Assembly (NCBI GenBank): GCA_001938485.1
Contig: MQRK01241256.1
Location: 1-54,497 of the forward strand
DNA: 54,497 bases
Reading direction: 5' to 3'
Source of the DNA: Girardia tigrina
Taxonomy: Eukaryota
Under the pieces are notes generated by a model, which worked only from the letters and a program-made list of their open reading frames with translations, ran no database searches and was not told where the DNA came from. A program made the position numbers and the translations under genes. Positions 12,285 to 24,300 of the stretch are shown here, piece by piece. Within the stretch, counting starts at the first letter, position 1; the number at the start of each line of letters is the position of its first letter.

Positions 12285-12962
12285 TACGAGGAATATTTTT
12301 GAATGGTGTTTATTGTATGTTTTAGGATTGTGTTTCTTCCACCTATATGGAAGATTGATATTTTAAATGTTTTAAAGCGTCGGATTATTTGGATAATTTA
12401 AAAATGTAAATAACAACTTTAAAATTAAATTTATTTATAATAAATAACATTTTAAATATTTTTAAAATAATTTAAATTATTTTTTGATTTAAATTGTAAA
12501 TTATTTTTTAAACGATATTGTAAATTAAATGTTCATTTATATTTGTTTGAATAATTGAACGCTTAGAAATAGAATTAAAATTTATCAATCAAGAACGATG
12601 AATATTTACAAAAGTTTTGTGGAGTTGTGATATCGATAAATGTATTGAAAATCAAATTAGTGTTCTTAATAGTACAGTTTTTTAGGTTTTAAAAAATCAA
12701 TTTTTTTTACTTTTTAGATTTTTAAAACTATAGGTACTTTTTGTTTTATGTAATTATTTATTTTGATGGTTTTTTAAAATATTCTTTTTTTACTCTTTTA
12801 GTTTAATAAAATTTATGTATTTTTTTCATGTTTTATAGAATTATTTAATTTTTGTTAAAATTTTCAATTAAAAATTGTTATAAATTATTTGACGAATTGA
12901 AAATTTAACTAACTTATAATTTAGAAGACCAAATTCTTAAATACACATTTTTAATAACCACA
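12285..12962 (+). mobile_element. Solo LTR, CAGATGG-motif family, preceded by a tandem partial copy (~12030-12262)
   Basis: Degenerate start TACGAGGAATATT, motif at ~12328-12363, ends ...AACCACA; 12690-12960 duplicates 12030-12262. Confidence 0.55.
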
Positions 12963-13097
12963 AATTAAATTCTTTTCCTCTATTTTTTAAATATTAATTT
13001 AATTATTCTTTTAAAATTTCATTTTATTCGGAACATTTTCGGAATTATTATTATTTTGTTGAAATTATTATCAGATGAAAGAAAAAATTTTTTTTAG

Positions 13098-13523
13098 AAT
13101 ATCGATAGATCTGAATCGACAGAAGAAAACGAAGAACGTTCGGAAACCGAAACTGAATGTTTCGATAAAACCGATTCCGATATTATCTCGCAAAATGAAA
13201 TCACCAGCGAGCCGCAATGTACCGAGTGTCGAATTACGTTCCCAACCTCCGGTACACGATTTATTCCATTCACTGATTTAATTTGATTCCAACTAGACGA
13301 TCTCAAAAATCATAACATTCACAAACATCCGATTCTCATGTACAAATGTACCGTTAGTGATTGTCTGAGATGGTTTTCTTCCCGCAAGAGTCGAGATAAA
13401 CATTCAGAGAATCTAAAATCGCGGCTGCATTCATCAACGAGCGTCAAGTCTCCGCCGCCAAATGCCGTGTTTATTGAAGAAGCGACTCAAGAACAACTAG
13501 AAATCATTAGAAGTTATTTTTAA
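13098..13523 (+). CDS. Basonuclin/disconnected-like C2H2 zinc-finger pair; exons 13098-13251 and 13297-13523, 5' end not found
   Basis: Removing a 45-nt GT-AG intron gives CTECRITFPTSDDLKNHNIHKH-PILMYK-CTVSDCLRWFSSRKSRDKHSENLKSRLH (CX2CX12HX4H plus CX4CX12HX8H, matching the disco/BNC FSSxRSRxRHSxN...RLH signature). Confidence 0.8.
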
Positions 13524-13744
13524 TCGTAATTCATTTGCGCAACACTTCGATTTCAGGGGCAATTAGAAAACAACGTTTATCCTCTTTTAAAAACTACAGT
13601 AACTTCCCGATATAATAAAGCGCCTTTTGACAGAAAAATTATCATAGCCGATATTTCCTGACAATGGAACGTACAATACAGTATTCAGTTTAGCGTCACT
13701 CTCTAAAATAACATTTAAACACATTAGGCGAAAATGAGAGTTCG

Positions 13745-14025
13745 TTGTTAAGGTCATTTTGATGGTTTTTAAGGTAATAGTGACGGTTGTCAAGGTAATG
13801 TTAAGGTGATTTCGATGGTTCTCAACGTGATTTGATTGGTTGTTAAAGTGATTTTCATGGTTACTAAGTGATTGAAACCGTTGTTATTGTACAAGAAACC
13901 AATCAGAAGTGTTTCTAGGGTATTTGTGACTGTTGCCAAGGTAATCAGAATCAATCAGAAGTGTTGCCAAGAAAATCGGAACCGTTGTCAAGGAAATTTG
14001 AACCGTTGCTATGAAACCAGGAACC
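13745..14025. repeat. Degenerate ~21-bp minisatellite related to 240-512
   Basis: Units such as gtgactgttgccaaggtaatc, ggaaccgttgtcaaggaaatt, tgaaccgttgctatgaaacca. Confidence 0.6.
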
Positions 14026-14310
14026 AAAATATGTATAAATATCCTACATAAAATATCTAAATAATATCATTATTAATACGGTAGAATCGATCTATGTAAA
14101 AACTAATCATTTTATCATTAACAAGCTTAATGCTTCTGAGGAAGAGACTAACACAAAGAAACTTTCTTAAAATTCCCATACTCTGAAGGAGCAGAGAATT
14201 TTTGAAAAATGGTCTCCAGCAAGCGTTAAAACTGAATTAGTTTTCCTCACTAACAAAAGCTCTTATCACGTTTCCAATAAATCAAAAACACAATTGAATA
14301 TGAAAGCAAA

Positions 14311-14850
14311 TTTTTTCTTTCTTTCTTTTTGACCTTAACCGTTTGACCGTGGGTGCACCCAATTATAAACAAGCCTTCGCCACATCTCTCTATTTGTAGT
14401 TTATTTTCTCAGACAGTCCATACTCAGTCCAGTCCATTCTTTTAAATTGTCCATTCATTGCCGCTTTGGTCTTCCTCTTGGTCTTTCTCCTTTCACTCTT
14501 CCCTCAATCATAACCTTTGCTAGTGCTTGTTTTTTTATTTGATGACCGTAGAATTTCAGCTACTTCTCTTGATGATCTCTTCTATTGATTCCGGTCTTTT
14601 ACCTAGTATTTCTGTCACTCTCCTCCAAACGAAGTCATTTGTCTTCTTTTCTTTCACGTGATCTTCAGCATTCTCCTGTAGCACTTCATTTCAAACGCTT
14701 TAAGTCTATCCATGCTCTTCTGATTTAATGTCAAATTCTCGCATCCACAGAGGAGTGTTGCCCAGACAATAGCCTTAGTGATCTTTAATCTGCTCTTGAG
14801 ATGGATTTCTTTGAGGTTAAAAACTGTGCTAAAATCATTGCGCTTGTTGC
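14311..14850 (-). mobile_element. RTE-clade LINE 3' fragment
   Basis: LLCGCENLTL...RLKAFEMKCYRRMLKI, GKVKGERPRGRPK, REMWRRLV, followed by an (AAAG)n tail. Confidence 0.85.
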
Positions 14851-14961
14851 AATATTGGTATTGGTAAATTTAGTCTACGTGTTGAAATGTCACCTCCGTA
14901 CTATTAGGTCTGGTGATAGTTAATGTCGTTTATTTGATGTTCGTTTAAATACATCTATATA

Positions 14962-16154
14962 TTAGGTGTATAACTTAGTTTTTTGGATTTTCCAAGAGAT
15001 GGTGTAACCTTTGTAATAAGCATTATTTTCAGTCGTACGTATAGATTTTTAAAGTGCTGAAATCGAGGCATTAAAATTAAGTAGGTCATTGACCTTAAAT
15101 GCGCCATAAACATATTTTTAATCACGTTTTAGCATGACAACTTTCATACCAACAAAACAGCATTTGCGGGAAGCACTACTGCTTTGCTTTAATCAAAAGA
15201 AAAAAGCTGCAGACAGTTTTCGACTTCTTGAAGCAACTTATGGTCAACATGCACCAACTCAACAGACTTGCGAGAACTGGTATAAACGTTTCAAAAGTGG
15301 ANNNNNNNNNNNNNNNNNNNNNNNNNNNNNNNNNNNNNNNNNNNNNNNNNNNNNNNNNNNNNNNNNNNNNNNNNNNNNNNNNNNNNNNNNNNNNNNNNNN
15401 NNNNNNNNNNNNNNNNNNNNNNNNNNNNNNNNNNNNNNNNNNNNNNNNNNNNNNNNNNNNNNNNNNNNNNNNNNNNNNNNNNNNNNNNNNNNNNNNNNNN
15501 NNNNNNNNNNNNNNNNNNNNNNNNNNNNNNNNNNNNNNNNNNNNNNNNNNNNNNNNNNNNNNNNNNNNNNNNNNNNNNNNNNNNNNNNNNNNNNNNNNNN
15601 NNNNNNNNNNNNNNNNNNNNNNNNNNNNNNNNNNNNNNNNNNNNNNNNNNNNNNNNNNNNNNNNNNNNNNNNNNNNNNNNNNNNNNNNNNNNNNNNNNNN
15701 NNNNNNNNNNNNNNNNNNNNNNNNNNNNNNNNNNNNNNNNNNNNNNNNNNNNNNNNNNNNNNNNNNNNNNNNNNNNNNNNNNNNNNNNNNNNNNNNNNNN
15801 NNNNNNNNNNNNNNNNNNNNNNNNNNNNNNNNNNNNNNNNNNNNNNNNNNNNNNNNNNNNNNNNNNNNNNNNNNNNNNNNNNNNNNNNNNNNNNNNNNNN
15901 NNNNNNNNNNNNNNNNNNNNNNNNNNNNNNNNNNNNNNNNNNNNNNNNNNNNNNNNNNNNNNNNNNNNNNNNNACAATGGATCGCATCAAAAGATCAAAA
16001 CTTTTTTTCGATGGAATTCATAATTTGCCTGAAAGATGGTCGAAAGTCATAATTAACGATGGAAAATATTTTGATTAGAATAAAACTTATTAAGTCATAT
16101 AAATAAACTTGTCTGTTCTGCAAAATAATCCAAAAAACTAAGTTATACACCTAA
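14962..16154 (+). mobile_element. mariner, Mos1/mauritiana-like, centre in assembly gap
   Basis: TIRs TTAGGTGTATAACTTAGTTTTTTGGAT at both ends with TA flanks; MTTFIPTKQHLREALL...WYKRFKSG and ...GIHNLPERWSKVIINDGKYFD. Confidence 0.95.
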
Positions 16155-16249
16155 TAACCTACAATCCTGCGGTAAATACAAAAAGTGTGAAGCTTAATTA
16201 ACAAGGTTTGTTGCAAATATTTTGTGTTTTAACTGTTGAATTTTTACGA

Positions 16250-16410
16250 AGTATGTGGTAAAGAATAGTAGATGAAGAGCATATAATGCATTGCATGATT
16301 TATGAGTTCCAGTTTGGAAGAAAAGCAAGTAAGGCTGCTAAAATATATGCAGTGCTTTGGGCCAAGATACAGTTTGTGTCAGAATTCCAGCGTTGGTTTA
16401 AGAAATTTCA
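16250..16410 (+). mobile_element. mariner N-terminal HTH fragment
   Basis: EEHIMHCMIYEFQFGRKASKAA...QRWFKKF with frameshifts. Confidence 0.7.
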
Positions 16411-17058
16411 CCTAACCCGTAACCCTAACCTAAATAAATTGTGACGAAATAAATGGGCACTGAGCACAGTACTCAATAATATGCATATAAATATGGAGCG
16501 ATCGAACCTGCGATCAAATCAACCGATCACGATATCGGTCACAATAGAATCCGGGACCACCCAAGTGGAAATTCTGTTCGGGTTATTTAATTTGCCCCGT
16601 CATTCAGAACCAAACCACAATAATTATAACAATAAAACGATAATAACAGTAAAAATAAAGAATAATAATAGAAATTGAAAAAGCAATGGCAATTTATAAT
16701 CTTGATGAAAAACTGAACGCCATTTTTCAAAATTTATTGTAATTAATTTTGGCGGATTACCCAGTGCCATCTTCAGACTAAATTGACATTAGTTAATCAA
16801 TCATGTAATAAAGGCTCTATTTGAAAATTTTGAACAGCGAAGTTGAGTGTGAAGCTTGAATATTAATCTTTTGATCCGTGGATCTTATTAATAAGGCCTC
16901 ACACGTTACTCTCTCACATTAATTTTTAAATCGATTATACAAAATTTGAAATAATAGAAATACAGAAAAAAACATTAAAATTATTTATTTCATCTAAGCA
17001 GTTTACAATATTTAATAGAAAACAAATTACGTTAATTAATACGAATACATAAAAGATA

Positions 17059-18070
17059 TAGGGTTTTTCGAGTCATGTCATAATTTTTGCAGTCAATTTA
17101 ATAACAAATTTAAAAATAAATATAAAAATATATTGTGCATGAAAGAAGTAACGACATTTTTAAATTGGTTTTTACATATAAATAAACTTAATCGGCCTAA
17201 GCACAGTAGATAGATCTTTAAGATAGTTTCACTACACTCTGAAATATGTTACGTTGGTGCCTGAGCGAAGAAACTGCACTATAATAATTGCGCTCAGAAC
17301 AGTATACGCTGCAAACTTTCGAGCATTAGAAATTACTAATGATGATAAAAACTTTATATTTTGGAGAAAGTTGGCTTCGCTGTTGTTACTCGTCCAAATC
17401 GTAATAGAAAAAGACGAGGAGAACCCGCCTATTTGAATGTTCCTGCCACTAGAAGTCGTAATATTTCAGTACTCGTGGCAATGAACAGATATGGCATAAT
17501 TTATAATGTCATATTTGAAAGATCAGTAAATGGCGAAAATTTTAAACAGTGCCTTAAAGAAATAAAAGAGTGTTGCATTATCAAGGATATTGAAAACACA
17601 ATATTTATATATCATGGATAATGTTCGAATTCATCATTATCGTGACTTAATGGATGATGAAGAAATTCGGCAAATGCCCCTAACGTATTTGTCACCCTAT
17701 TCCCCTTTCTTAACTCTATTGAGAGTATATTTTCTGTATGGAAGAATAACGTTATCAGAGGTTGTTCTCGAAATGAAGCAGAACTTCGAAGATTAATAGC
17801 TGATAAGTTCAATGATATATCAACCGAAAATAGCGGCGCATTCTACCGAAAGATGCTTGGATATCTTCAAAACTGAGATGGGAAAAGTAATAAATGATTA
17901 AGTTTATTTATATGTAAAATGTTTACATGTAAAAAATAAATTTAAAAATGTCGTTACTTATTTTTTACACAATGTTTTTTGTATTTATATATTTTATGAA
18001 TGAGACACTTTGTGTTTAAATTTCTTATTAGATTGCTTGCAAAAATTATGAAATAGGTCGAAAAACCCTT
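17059..18070 (+). mobile_element. IS630/Tc1-like DD34E transposon, deleted and frameshifted
   Basis: Imperfect >100-bp TIRs starting AGGGTTTTTCGA with TA flanks; IMDNVRIHH...YLSPYSPFLNSIE (34 residues between D and E). Confidence 0.85.
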
Positions 18071-18391
18071 TAATAACACTGACTCAGCAGTAAAGGGCAA
18101 CAAATCCATTATAAAATAGACAATCTCAAAATAAATAAGCAATTCAATATAAACAAATATAACCAAACGGATTTTAAGTGCAGTTATCCGAGTTAAAAAA
18201 TCTGATAAATTAAAAAAAAATTATTTATGAAAATCATTTTTTTTCTACGAGCTGTTTTGTTTTTTTTTCCGAAATTTAATAGTAAATATTTTATTTTTCG
18301 GTAATTTTATGATCAGTTAATTGATGTCTCTAAATTTTTTGAACTTATAATCAAATTTCTCTTTTAAAGGTTCAAAATTAACTTGTTTTAG

Positions 18392-21300
18392 ATAATCGTT
18401 TTAAAAATAAACGTGGGCCAAAACCAAAACACTCTAATGACAACGAAAACGACTTTTTAATCGGTTTACCTCGAGATCAATTAAAACGTAAATTAATGGA
18501 AAGTGTTGTTGAAAAAATCGAATCCACTCCAAATAAGAAGAATATTCAAGGACATGGTTGATTAATTGCTAGTTGAATATTTAGACTTGATTTTTGACTA
18601 TAGAATCGTCAGTTAGTTTACCAAGGGCATCTAAAAGACGGCCATCATTAGGGCAATTATCTCAGACTTCTTCCATTACAATACCAAATGTTTCTAGTCC
18701 CAAACCAACTTCTACGAAAGGAAGTTCTAATAAAATACCCGATACGAAAACTTCGAGTACCAGTGTACCTGTTGTGAAAACGAAACCTATTCCTGATCTA
18801 AGTCATATTAAAGTGCCAATTTTATCTGTAGCTCCTTCGTGTTCTTTTGAAAAATTTGCCGAAGATTTAATTAATCTACTAGTTTTATATGATCCTGCTG
18901 AATATTTTACATATCCTTTGATAGATTGTTTTGCTCCGTCTTCGTCTCAGGTAATTACTATTATACTATACTTATTTTTTAATTTTTTATGACCAATGTG
19001 TGATTATTATTATTATTATTATTATTGTAATTATTTTAATTATTTTTGAAGACAATTATATTTTGAAATGATATTGCAATTTCGGTGTAATTTATGTATT
19101 CACAAAATATTAGGTTGGTCGAAAAATAATGTCGGTTTTGAGACACAAACTTCAAAGACGTGCAAATTCACAGAAACAAAAGTTTATTAATCAAAGTATG
19201 AACCGTTGGCATCAATGCATTTTTGCCCACGAGAAACAAGTTGTTTTATTCCACCAGCATAAAATGCATCGGTTCTCGAAGCGACGAATTCTTGGAAGGC
19301 ATTTTGAGCATCATTTTGGTTTTTGAAAATTTTTTCACGTAGGAAGTNNNNNNNNNNNNNNNNNNNNNNNNNNNNNNNNNNNNNNNNNNNNNNNNNNNNN
19401 NNNNNNNNNNNNNNNNNNNNNNNNNNNNNNNNNNNNNNNNNNNNNNNNNNNNNNNNNNNNNNNNNNNNNNNNNNNNNNNNNNNNNNNNNNNNNNNNNNNN
19501 NNNNNNNNNNNNNNNNNNNNNNNNNNNNNNNNNNNNNNNNNNNNNNNNNNNNNNNNNNNNNNNNNNNNNNNNNNNNNNNNNNNNNNNNNNNNNNNNNNNN
19601 NNNNNNNNNNNNNNNNNNNNNNNNNNNNNNNNNNNNNNNNNNNNNNNNNNNNNNNNNNNNNNNNNNNNNNNNNNNNNNNNNNNNNNNNNNNNNNNNNNNN
19701 NNNNNNNNNNNNNNNNNNNNNNNNNNNNNNNNNNNNNNNNNNNNNNNNNNNNNNNNNNNNNNNNNNNNNNNNNNNNNNNNNNNNNNNNNNNNNNNNNNNN
19801 NNNNNNNNNNNNNNNNNNNNNNNNNNNNNNNNNNNNNNNNNNNNNNNNNNNNNNNNNNNNNNNNNNNNNNNNNNNNNNNNNNNNNNNNNNNNNNNNNNNN
19901 NNNNNNNNNNNNNNNNNNNNNNNNNNNNNNNNNNNNNNNNNNNNNNNNNNNNNNNNNNNNNNNNNNNNNNNNNNNNNNNNNNNNNNNNNNNNNNNNNNNN
20001 NNNNNNNNNNNNNNNNNNNNNNNNNNNNNNNNNNNNNNNNNNNNNNNNNNNNNNNNNNNNNNNNNNNNNNNNNNNNNNNNNNNNNNNNNNNNNNNNNNNN
20101 NNNNNNNNNNNNNNNNNNNNNNNNNNNNNNNNNNNNNNNNNNNNNNNNNNNNNNNNNNNNNNNNNNNNNNNNNNNNNNNNNNNNNNNNNNTTCCCTTGCC
20201 AAACGCTTTATTGATATTGCGAGCCATTTCTGCTGCTTTACGACCCAGTTTAAATTCGTACAAGAAAATTGCTCGAATTTTAATTTTTTCCATTATTAAT
20301 TTAGCACCGCAAATATTCTAAAAGATAACAGCAATATGTTAATAATGGCTATAGGAATATACAGCTAGGCATAAGATTTCAAATAATATCTAACACTAAT
20401 ACATTTAAACTGTATATACATATCAAAGTAGATAAACAAAGTATAAAGCTCAAAAACCGCCATTATTTTTCGACCGACCGAATATTAGGTTGGGGAAAAA
20501 GTAATCCATTATTTTAATTCATTATTTATCGATCAAACAATTTCAAATTTATGTTCTTTGTCATGGTAACATTTCACAGTAATTTCACAAAAAATTTTTT
20601 GCTTTTTTTATTCAGTTCTGAGTTACATGGTGTTAAAAATAGAAGTGAACAAAAAAAATCGGTACATTTTACAGTTTTTATTCGATAAAGGCGAAAGTGC
20701 AAGCCAGGCGGCCGTTATTGTGAATGGTGTTTATGGTGCCAATACTGTAACAGCTAATTACACGCAATTTTGGTTTCGTCGATTCCGTGGAGGCATTTTT
20801 GATGTTAAAGATGCACCTCGCACAGGCAGGCCTATCGTTGAAATGTCGATAAAATCTCGGCAATGATCGAAGTTGACCGGCATGTTAGTAGTCGTAGAAT
20901 CGCACAGGAGCTGAAGATCGACCACAAAACGGTTTTAAACCATTTGGACAAAGCAGGATTCAAAAAGAAACTTGATGTTTGGGTTCCACACCAATGAACA
21001 CTAAAAAACATGATGGATCGAATTTCCATCTGCGAAGCCTTGGCCAAACAAAATGAAATCGACCAATTTCTTAAACGGATGGTAACTGGGGATGAGAAAT
21101 GGGTCACATGCGACAATATTGTACGAAAACGATCGTGGTCAAAGCACGGTGAAGCACCTCAAACGGTCGCCAAAGCAGGACTAACGGCCAGGAAGGTTCT
21201 ACTATGTATTTGAATGGACTGGAAATGAATCATTTATTGTGAATTGCTTCCTTATGGCCAAACACTAAATTCAGATGTGTACTGTCAACAACTGGACCGT

Positions 21301-24300
21301 TTGAAGATGAGAAACGATCAGAATTGGCCAACAGAAGAGGTGTTGTGTTCCATCACCTTTTTCTCGCATTGAAAAATTTCCTGAGTGATAAGAAATTGGG
21401 ATCAATAGAAGATTGTGAAAATCGATTACTACAGTTTTTCGCCAATAAGGACCAAGACTTCTACGAGAGAGGCATTATGAAGCTACCTTCAAAATGGCAA
21501 CTAATTCTACAACAAAACGGTGCATATTTGACTCCAAGAGGACAATCCGAAACATGTTAAATAAAGTTTTGAATTTCACGCAAAAATAATGGATTTCTTT
21601 TTCCCTAACCTAATATTAATTTGTTACATATTATCATTCATACCAGACCGCATGGGAAATTTTCTAACACAGTTGGAAATGCGGGAAAATCGATTAGAGC
21701 GGGATTTTTTTTCCATCGTGTAAATGATACATTTTTGGACATGTTTTTTTCTTGATGAGAATGGAAAAGTTACGACTTCCATACATTTTATTCTAACATA
21801 ATATTTATAACCCCCGCGTGGATTTTCATATTTAGAAATTTGTACAGAAACTCATCAGTTAACATTAAAGATTTTCTGATATGCTGACTGTGTGTACTAG
21901 GCTGATTCAACTTATTCAAAAGTTTTTTTCGTTTTTCTACGCCTTACATTGTGACAGTTATTTCATATGAATATTCTATTTTGGAATTATTGATTTTTAT
22001 ATTATTTATTATGGTATTTCATGACGAATCTCATTGTATAGTGTTGGTTTATCCATTAAACGTTTGTCTGTCTAATCTTATCAGATTATGGAGAGTGAAA
22101 TATACGGAATTTGAGTCCTTTTGCGACATTACTGGAAAATAGGTTTCAACGCAGCTGCTGCAGCCCTGGAAATATGTGAAGTAGAAGGCGAAGATACGTT
22201 CAGTGTTCAAGTGTCACAATTGTGGTTCAAAAGTTTCTCAAGTGGTAACGTCAATCTGGAAGACCAACCTCGCTCTGGGCGACCATCTGTTGTTGTTGAT
22301 GACACTCTACGTTAAGCTGTGGAGGAGCAGCCCTGCATCAGCACGCGGAGATTATCAGCAGAGTTTGGACCTTCAAAACCCACTATTCAACGTCATCTTC
22401 ATCAGCTTGGGTTTGCCAATAGACGGTGTCGACAAATTCGTCACAAACTGACAGTCACTCAAGTACAACTTGATCTCTGCAAATAATTGCTTGCTCATCC
22501 CCATGACATGCGCTTCTTAAGAGGGATCGTGACGGGGAATGAAAAGTGGATATTGTGTCATACGGGAAAATTTAAAAATTGACCGCTGGCGTCACTACAT
22601 ATTATTTCACAACATTAAGGTTACATTGGACAAATCATGTATATAAACACGGTTTAAGAAAGGACTAAACTAAGAAAATATGAAAAATAATCAATACACA
22701 ATATTCTGAAGAATTTAAAGCATTTAAGAAGAGTATTTACAAGAATATATGTAGTGTCGAAGTAGTTTAAATTACTTCCAAAGTTCAAAGCTTCCTCTCG
22801 AATAAATTAAAAACGATTTTTCGATTGCAAGCTAATCGGGTTTATAAATTTAATTGTCATGGATTTAAAAATTCGTAGTTTGGAGAAACAAATCGTTATC
22901 ACAAAACCCTGATTAGTGAGCATTCACAATCAAGTCGATGGAGTAAGGTTCTTGATCATTGGTTACATTTTTAAAATAGAATATCTTCTATTTCAAAAGA
23001 TGAGTTTTCTGTTTTTGGTACGTATCATTTGGGTGCCGTAATGAAATGTTCATTTTGACGCCGCAATAACTTGTATTAAAGTAGTAATTTTAGTTTTAAT
23101 CAAATATTTTATTAAATGCAAAAATGTAATAGAATATAATTAATAAAATAAAAAAAAACCATTAAAGTAAAAGCAAGTAACATGTAAAATTTTTTTTAAT
23201 AAAAATGTGTCAAGGCTTCACACAAACAACTGTAAATGTATAATATACACATATAATATACACATATATATTTTATGCATGAAATAAACAGAACTTTTTT
23301 ACATCAAAAAGTTTTTTGACAAACCTCTTAAATATTTTTTAATGTTACGAACTTCATAGTTTTAAAAAATTCTTAAAATTCTCGCATCAGATTCAAAATA
23401 TTTAGTGTGTGACTGGGTTGATCTTCTCTAATAAAACTCTCAAATACTTGATCACGGCCTTTTTGAACCTTTAAACTCATCAATTAGTTTCCACAATGTT
23501 GGATGTGATATCCCTAATTCTGATAGGAGATGTATATGAGCAACTTCAGCATAATTATTAGTACGGTTTTCGTTTGATAAAGTGCGCTTGTAAACTGTCA
23601 ACAGATCTGATGGGAAAAGTGCAAGACGACGCCTTCCTTTGTAAGTTAGATAGCTTATATAATATTCTTCAAACTAGTTGACGACTTGGACTAAATCTTC
23701 ATCAATAGATTCTGCTAGTTCTTTCACAGCTGCATCTAAATCATTAATAGGAACAAAAGTTAATGATCCCATCTTTCTCACCGAAAGAGCAGAATCAGGA
23801 TTATATATTTTTGTAGTAAACCATTGTTTAAAATTTTTTTTATATTTCGTTCTAAGTATAAAAATAACAATTGATGCGAATTCCAGGAAATGATAACCTA
23901 AATAAATTTATTGTTGCAAGCTCATAATTCACAGAAAGAGACTTTGGTTTCAAGGTTGGCCAGATTTCCAATATCATTCGAAGCATCTTGGTGTAGGTTA
24001 CTTTTTGTTAATTTGGTAGCAAGACATATATGACTAGAAATACAAAACCTTGTCGATCAATCAATAATACATAAATGTGAGCGAAAATTATGGGAGTTAT
24101 GCTAAAACTTCTATCAGCAAATAACTTATCAATCATTTTTGATAAATGGGGGGCACAAAAATTTCAGCAAGATTTTGTGGCTGCAAAAGAACGGTACAAC
24201 GTCGTTTTTTGAACACTGCACCATCAACCTTATCAAATTTTTAGTCGGCATTTTCCCTTGAATTGCCACAGATGTTGTGGACAAACTTTGATTTAACAAC

